Assembly (NCBI GenBank): GCA_030149205.1
Contig: JASBSB010000008.1
Coordinates: forward strand, 60,001-92,000
Reading direction: 5' to 3'
Origin: Candidatus Heimdallarchaeota archaeon
GTDB taxonomy: Archaea > Asgardarchaeota > Heimdallarchaeia > Heimdallarchaeales > Kariarchaeaceae
DNA length: 32,000 bases
In this document: in pieces, positions 27,531-32,000 of the stretch
Layout: each line of letters starts with the position of its first letter
Position numbering within the stretch: position 1 is the first letter of the stretch
Notes under the pieces: generated by a model
Databases searched by the model: none
Told to the model about the DNA's origin: nothing
The model's input: only the letters and a program-made list of their open reading frames with translations
Translations under genes and position numbers: made by a program

Positions 27531-28460
27531 TCAAGCTGGTGAAATATGATCAATCATTAAATTATATCTTGATTTACTAACAGAACGCAATTTCTTGAGC
27601 TTATATTTTCTTAAGATATCTTCAGAAAATGGTTGTATCCTAAGTATTCGAAGTTTATCATATCCTTTTAGTTTCCAGTAACTCAAAAATTCAGCGATCA
27701 CATCACTTAACACTTCGTCATCAAAAGCATGAGGTCCATACAACCTTGGAAGTAAGCTATCTTCTGGTCCTTGTAAAAAGGAAGTTCCAAACCCAATGAT
27801 TGCACCAAATTCATTTTTAACTAAAACTGATCCATCGTTTTGATGGGTTATCTGTTCCATTACTCTTTCAAAATCCTCATAGCTGATGTATATAGGAGAG
27901 GAAGAATCAAGATCAGGGGATATTAAAGACTCATAAATGAACTTTGAGTCTTGACGACTTGGTTTTGTAAAGACTAATTGATCTGCATGGGCTAAATCAT
28001 AGTAATCTGTTTTTGCTTCATAGGCTGTAAGAAGAACTTTATCGACCTGAAATCCAAAGTCTAAAAATGACCTTGTTACCAATTGTTTTGGATGCAGATC
28101 TGCAACAAGCTCATGAGCTCTTCCTCTTGAGGCTTCAATCCATTCAGTCAACAATGCCTTGGAAACATCAATGAGTTCACTGAGACTGGTTGGTATCGCC
28201 CAGAAATTTCGAAGGATGGATCGACCATCATCTGTGAAAATGACACTGATCATTGCATTTGGCAGTTCATCTGATTGATTTACAGAAACCCACCATTCAA
28301 TATCCTCGGATGGGTTCGCATCTATATCCTTAATCATGACCTCTAAGATCTGTGCCTCCTTTTTATTCAGTCTCAATATCTCTTCGATTTTTGAGCGAGC
28401 ACTAAAATCACGACCAGATAAGATCTCAATTTGATAATTCATACCTAATATAAGATACAT
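27531..28460 (-). CDS. Tandem GNAT-fold-like protein (degenerate)
   Basis: Two lobes with GNAT-like patterns (..ALLTEWIEA..RAHELVADL..VTRSFLDFGF; VLVKNEFGAIIGFG..DVIAEFLSYWKLKGYDKLRI). The canonical R/Q-x-x-G-x-G motif is absent. Confidence 0.5.
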   Translation of the reverse strand: MYLILGMNYQIEILSGRDFSARSKIEEILRLNKKEAQILEVMIKDIDANPSEDIEWWVSVNQSDELPNAMISVIFTDDGRSILRNFWAIPTSLSELIDVSKALLTEWIEASRGRAHELVADLHPKQLVTRSFLDFGFQVDKVLLTAYEAKTDYYDLAHADQLVFTKPSRQDSKFIYESLISPDLDSSSPIYISYEDFERVMEQITHQNDGSVLVKNEFGAIIGFGTSFLQGPEDSLLPRLYGPHAFDDEVLSDVIAEFLSYWKLKGYDKLRILRIQPFSEDILRKYKLKKLRSVSKSRYNLMIDHISPA

Positions 28461-28593
28461 TTCGACATATAAAAATCTGATTTTTTAAGTAAATTCTCTT
28501 ATTGAAAATTAAACTAATACCGAAATTCAATTTAAAGAATTTTGGATTTAGTCGTAGGACTAGCTTCATAAACCTGATTAAAGTGGTTCTGAT

Positions 28594-29526
28594 GTGGCAG
28601 CGTTTGAGACCATTATCTTTACCATTGCTAGAAGCTCATATACCATCTATCTAGGGATACTTTTTGGTTTTCTTTTTATTAAAATTCCATTCACTGCTAA
28701 ATACAAGGCGTTGTTTGTTAATATCACAATATCTTTCTTTACTCCTTACATTATTTTTGTATCAATATTTAATTCAAACTTAAGTTCTGATTGGATATTT
28801 CCTGTTGGAGCAGGAGTTCTTGTAACAATATTAGGAGTTATCATCCCAAAACTAGTTGCTAAAATTCAAAAGGAAAAACAACCAGATCCAGCAGAATTAT
28901 CAACTGCTGCGTTTTCAAATGCGGTTAATTTTCCTATCCCAATTATCTATGAGCTTTACCCTGCCTCTCTTGGAGTAGCAGGAATCTTCATAGTAGTTGC
29001 TATTGTCATGCGAAACACAGTTGGATTCTGGATTGCAGGATATAAGTTGAACTGGGAGGGAATTAAAGCCACTTTTCTGTTTCCACCGGTTTGGGGTGTT
29101 ATCTTGGGTTTTGTACTAAAATTAGTTGTAGATCAACAGACGGTTAATCCTATTCTGATTTCTCAACCAGCAACAATCCTATTTCAAATCGGAATTTATA
29201 TGACATTGATGACAGTGGGTTTTGGGATGACAAGTCTCAAGATCACCTATCCTAAGGAGGTATTAAGAGTTGGAATTACAAGATACCTCGTAAGTGGAAT
29301 TGTTGCAGTGTTAATAATTTTCTCACTAAAATTAAAACCGATTTTATCTGTCCCACTATTTGTCCAGTTTGTAGCGCCACCAGCAGTTTACAATGGTTTG
29401 TATGCCGAAAAACTAGATATGAATACAACAATGACGAGTAATATCATTATCATTTTAACATTTATTGCTTTACTTTTACTACCTTTAGAATTATTTTTTG
29501 TAATTACCCTTTTGTTACCATCTTAA
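28594..29526 (+). CDS. AEC (auxin efflux carrier) family transporter
   Basis: About 10 TM in two repeats; FTPYIIFVSI, FSNAVNFPIPI, FPPVWG, RYLVSG and APPAV; GTG start. Confidence 0.8.
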   Translation: MAAFETIIFTIARSSYTIYLGILFGFLFIKIPFTAKYKALFVNITISFFTPYIIFVSIFNSNLSSDWIFPVGAGVLVTILGVIIPKLVAKIQKEKQPDPAELSTAAFSNAVNFPIPIIYELYPASLGVAGIFIVVAIVMRNTVGFWIAGYKLNWEGIKATFLFPPVWGVILGFVLKLVVDQQTVNPILISQPATILFQIGIYMTLMTVGFGMTSLKITYPKEVLRVGITRYLVSGIVAVLIIFSLKLKPILSVPLFVQFVAPPAVYNGLYAEKLDMNTTMTSNIIIILTFIALLLLPLELFFVITLLLPS

Positions 29527-29544
29527 TTCATAACTAACAGATCT

Positions 29545-30720
29545 TCAAGCTTTAAACGATTTTACCAAGTTGGTACCATTTTTATAAACTGATGTAACCA
29601 AATTCTGCCCTAATTTTGCAACAAACTCATTAATTGATCTAGCTTGTATAGTTAGAAAATTCGCTTCAGCACCAACTGAGAGTTGATTAGCATCACTCCC
29701 TGTGATTCCTCTAAACGATCCCATTGTGGCAGCTTTCAGAGCGTCTACAGGTTTTAACCTGTAAAGAAACACAGCCATACGTACCGCAGTCTGCATTGAT
29801 AGAGTGTAGTTGTTAGGGTTAAAATCACTCCCTAAACCAATGTTTAGATTCAATCCATTCCATCCAACAGGAAATTTCTGTGTAAATAATCCTAATGGAG
29901 CTGTAGGCATAAACATCAAAGAGGTATTTGTTTTACTTATTGCAATGAAATCTTCTTTAGGTGTGTGTAAAAGGTGATCTACACTTAATGCGTCAAATTC
30001 TGTTGCTGCAATTCTAGATATCCCAGTATATTCAAGTTCGTCACCATGAACCTTTATTCTAAGATTTAGATCAACAGCAGCATTGAAGATTTTTTTTGTC
30101 TCCTCAACAGTAAATGCTCCTCGATCACAAAAAACATCTACTACATTCGACAGGGATTTTTTTTTGATTATTGGAAGGGTGTCAATTACCTCCTCAACGT
30201 ATTCAGACCGCTTCAAAACATCAGGAATGGCATGCGCTCCACAGTAAGTTGGAAGGATTTGTACAGGATGATCAATTTTGTTTAAAATACCTAGTAATCT
30301 TAGCTCATCCTTAATTGTTAATCCGTATCCAGATTTAGCCTCTGTAATCAAAGTTCCATTTTTCAACATAATATCAAGTCTCTGTATTACAAGCTCCTCA
30401 AGCTCCTCATCACTAGCAGCGCGAGTAGCATTAACGGTCGATAGAATTCCGCCTCCCTCGCTTAAGATCTGCGAGTATGAAACACCTGAAACTTTAAGTG
30501 GGAGTTCAAAAAATCTGTCTCCTGCAAAAATCAGGTGGTTATGTCCATCAACAAATGGAGGACACACGAACTTACCACTCCCATCGATGTCTGGATTATT
30601 TTGGATCCCTCCGAAAATTTCCTCAATTAACCCGTTAACTACTCGAACATTTACCGGTCCATCAATCCAGTTAAAGCCATTAAAAAGTCCTTCAAGATTG
30701 TTAATTTCAAAAGTGCTCAC
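29545..30720 (-). CDS. hutI: Imidazolonepropionase
   Basis: DGHNHLIFAGDR, SY..I...GGGILSTV, EAKSGYGL, GAHA, DVFCD, KVHGDE, SVDHL and GSDFNP. Confidence 0.93.
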   Translation of the reverse strand: MSTFEINNLEGLFNGFNWIDGPVNVRVVNGLIEEIFGGIQNNPDIDGSGKFVCPPFVDGHNHLIFAGDRFFELPLKVSGVSYSQILSEGGGILSTVNATRAASDEELEELVIQRLDIMLKNGTLITEAKSGYGLTIKDELRLLGILNKIDHPVQILPTYCGAHAIPDVLKRSEYVEEVIDTLPIIKKKSLSNVVDVFCDRGAFTVEETKKIFNAAVDLNLRIKVHGDELEYTGISRIAATEFDALSVDHLLHTPKEDFIAISKTNTSLMFMPTAPLGLFTQKFPVGWNGLNLNIGLGSDFNPNNYTLSMQTAVRMAVFLYRLKPVDALKAATMGSFRGITGSDANQLSVGAEANFLTIQARSINEFVAKLGQNLVTSVYKNGTNLVKSFKA

Positions 30721-30759
30721 AGCTTAACTAATTATAATTCTCATAAAAACCGATTCACC

Positions 30760-30777
30760 GTGATTTAGTAGAATCAC
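30760..30777. promoter_or_regulatory. Palindrome GTGATT-N6-AATCAC upstream of hutI (candidate operator)
   Basis: Perfect 6-bp arms about 40 bp upstream of the hutI start, in a 304-bp divergent intergenic region. Confidence 0.3.
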
Positions 30778-31024
30778 ACTATCCCCATATTTTCAAAGAA
30801 AATTCATTTAGTTTTGGTTCAAATCAATAAACAATTTCAATTTTCTTTATTTTATGATATGTGCCCAAATAAACATTATATAAGAGAATAGCATCAGGAT
30901 TCGAAAATTATGGATATAAAAATATGAATATTCTTTGATCTGATTGATTCCTTTGAACAAATTGACTTAAATTCTTACACAATGCAAAGAAATTTTTATA
31001 GTTTAAATAAGAATACACTACAGA

Positions 31025-31924
31025 ATGGTAGAAAAAACTAACGAGTATTTTATTTATTCGCATAATGAGCGAGATTTCTCTTATATTGATGATGATAAGC
31101 GGAAAGAGAAGTTTAGTAAAATTGTAAAACTTCCATCGGTTAAAGAAATTGAGGATGCTTTAGAAAATGAAAGGATAGATGGTTTACTGGTGTTAGATCA
31201 GAAGGCTGAGCGGTGGTATTTGACTTTTGGAACTCATCTTGGAATTGTTGCTGAGAGAACTGCTCGAAGACAGGCTGATAGCATTTCTAGGACAGGATAT
31301 AGAATTCCTGGTAAATATACCATCAGTAGCAAGTTCCCACTTGAAGAACTCTCTGAAAGCAACATTGGAGACCTTTACAAATCAGCACAACAAAAATACA
31401 TCAAAGGTACACTAACTGGAATGGAGGTAGATGACCAAACCGGGGTCCCTTCACAACTTGCAGAGCGAGCGAAATTATTGAGAGAAATGGGATACGAGGA
31501 TGAGTTAACAAAAGCTGAATTTGAGAAAAAGCGAAAACAGGAAACAATGAGTATAAAACAAAAGGCTGGAGAAAGCAAAACAGAAGCAAAAACTCCCTCT
31601 GTAGTAAAAACTAAAACTACATCTACCGTTTCAAAAGCCCCATTGATTGAGGAAGCTTATCCAGAAACTGATCTTAAGAAGGGATTATTTTTTGAAGCGA
31701 AAAACATCAAAGAATATGTGGAGAATAACTTTACTGTAATTTCTGCAAAGGGAGTATTACATGACAATGAAAGAGAAACTGAGGAGCTGTTAGTGTTTAA
31801 ACAACAAAAATTGGCACCTAAGCAATGGAACGATACTGTTGTATATCTACAAAATGGTGACTTGTTACAAGTCACCCTAGAAAAAGACCAAGATGTGTTG
31901 TATGTAACTAGTGTAGAGAAATAA
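31025..31924 (+). CDS. Hypothetical protein: divergent gelsolin-like domain, WH2-like motif, K/T-rich linker, unknown C-terminal domain
   Basis: The ORF itself is secure. The domain call is by-eye: L.NERIDGLLVLDQKAERWYLTFG...VAERTARRQADSI and ERAKLLREMGYEDELTKA. Confidence 0.45.
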   Translation: MVEKTNEYFIYSHNERDFSYIDDDKRKEKFSKIVKLPSVKEIEDALENERIDGLLVLDQKAERWYLTFGTHLGIVAERTARRQADSISRTGYRIPGKYTISSKFPLEELSESNIGDLYKSAQQKYIKGTLTGMEVDDQTGVPSQLAERAKLLREMGYEDELTKAEFEKKRKQETMSIKQKAGESKTEAKTPSVVKTKTTSTVSKAPLIEEAYPETDLKKGLFFEAKNIKEYVENNFTVISAKGVLHDNERETEELLVFKQQKLAPKQWNDTVVYLQNGDLLQVTLEKDQDVLYVTSVEK

Positions 31925-31926
31925 TA

Positions 31927-32000
31927 ATGGACCCCATACAATCGGTAATCAACAGTATAAGTATTTTAGATGATGAATTAATAACTGGGAAAGGAGATTA
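31927..32000 (+). CDS. Start of next ORF, truncated by window edge
   Basis: ATG 2 nt after the upstream stop; MDPIQSVINSISILDDELITGKGD is open to the end of the window. Confidence 0.55.
   Translation, partial: MDPIQSVINSISILDDELITGKGD

Noticed and set aside
23593-31941. Short ORFs at 23593, 24997, 25346, 27037, 30278, 31227, 31375, 31401 and 31657
   Set aside because: Shadow frames. The 149-aa ORF at 30278 is fully antisense to hutI.
1-32000. tRNA/rRNA genes, IS elements, integrases, prophage or defence genes
   Set aside because: No intergenic gap contains a GC-rich cloverleaf or T-arm motif; no transposase, recombinase, capsid or nuclease motifs were recognised.

Overview
AT-rich, gene-dense archaeal chromosome segment, most consistent with an Asgard archaeon (Heimdallarchaeia-like). 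This taxonomy is inferred from the archaeal-type LeuRS and ND-AspRS, an inositol-phospholipid synthase, two C4H2C2 RING proteins and a probable longin/roadblock protein. It holds about 35 CDSs, including one running off each edge that the ORF track omits (a GT-C glycosyltransferase at 1-1179 and an ORF starting at 31927). Housekeeping and metabolic genes are aspS, leuS, dut, ilvE, hutI, npdG, a pterin dehydratase, an M24 peptidase and an ABC-2 exporter. No tRNA, rRNA, CRISPR array or IS element was recognised. The best leads are: (1) a divergent gelsolin-like domain followed by a WH2-like motif (31025-31924), a candidate actin regulator; (2) a stand-alone CheA P2 (CheY-binding) domain fused to an apparently His-less Hpt-like bundle, with no kinase core and no che genes nearby (16899-17612); (3) a tail-anchored RING and a zinc-ribbon RING near a Sel1-repeat protein; (4) a longin+roadblock tandem protein; (5) a partnerless MoxR-type AAA ATPase followed by a broken 15-bp pentapeptide-coding repeat. 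All domain calls are by-eye motif matches and need HMM or structure confirmation.
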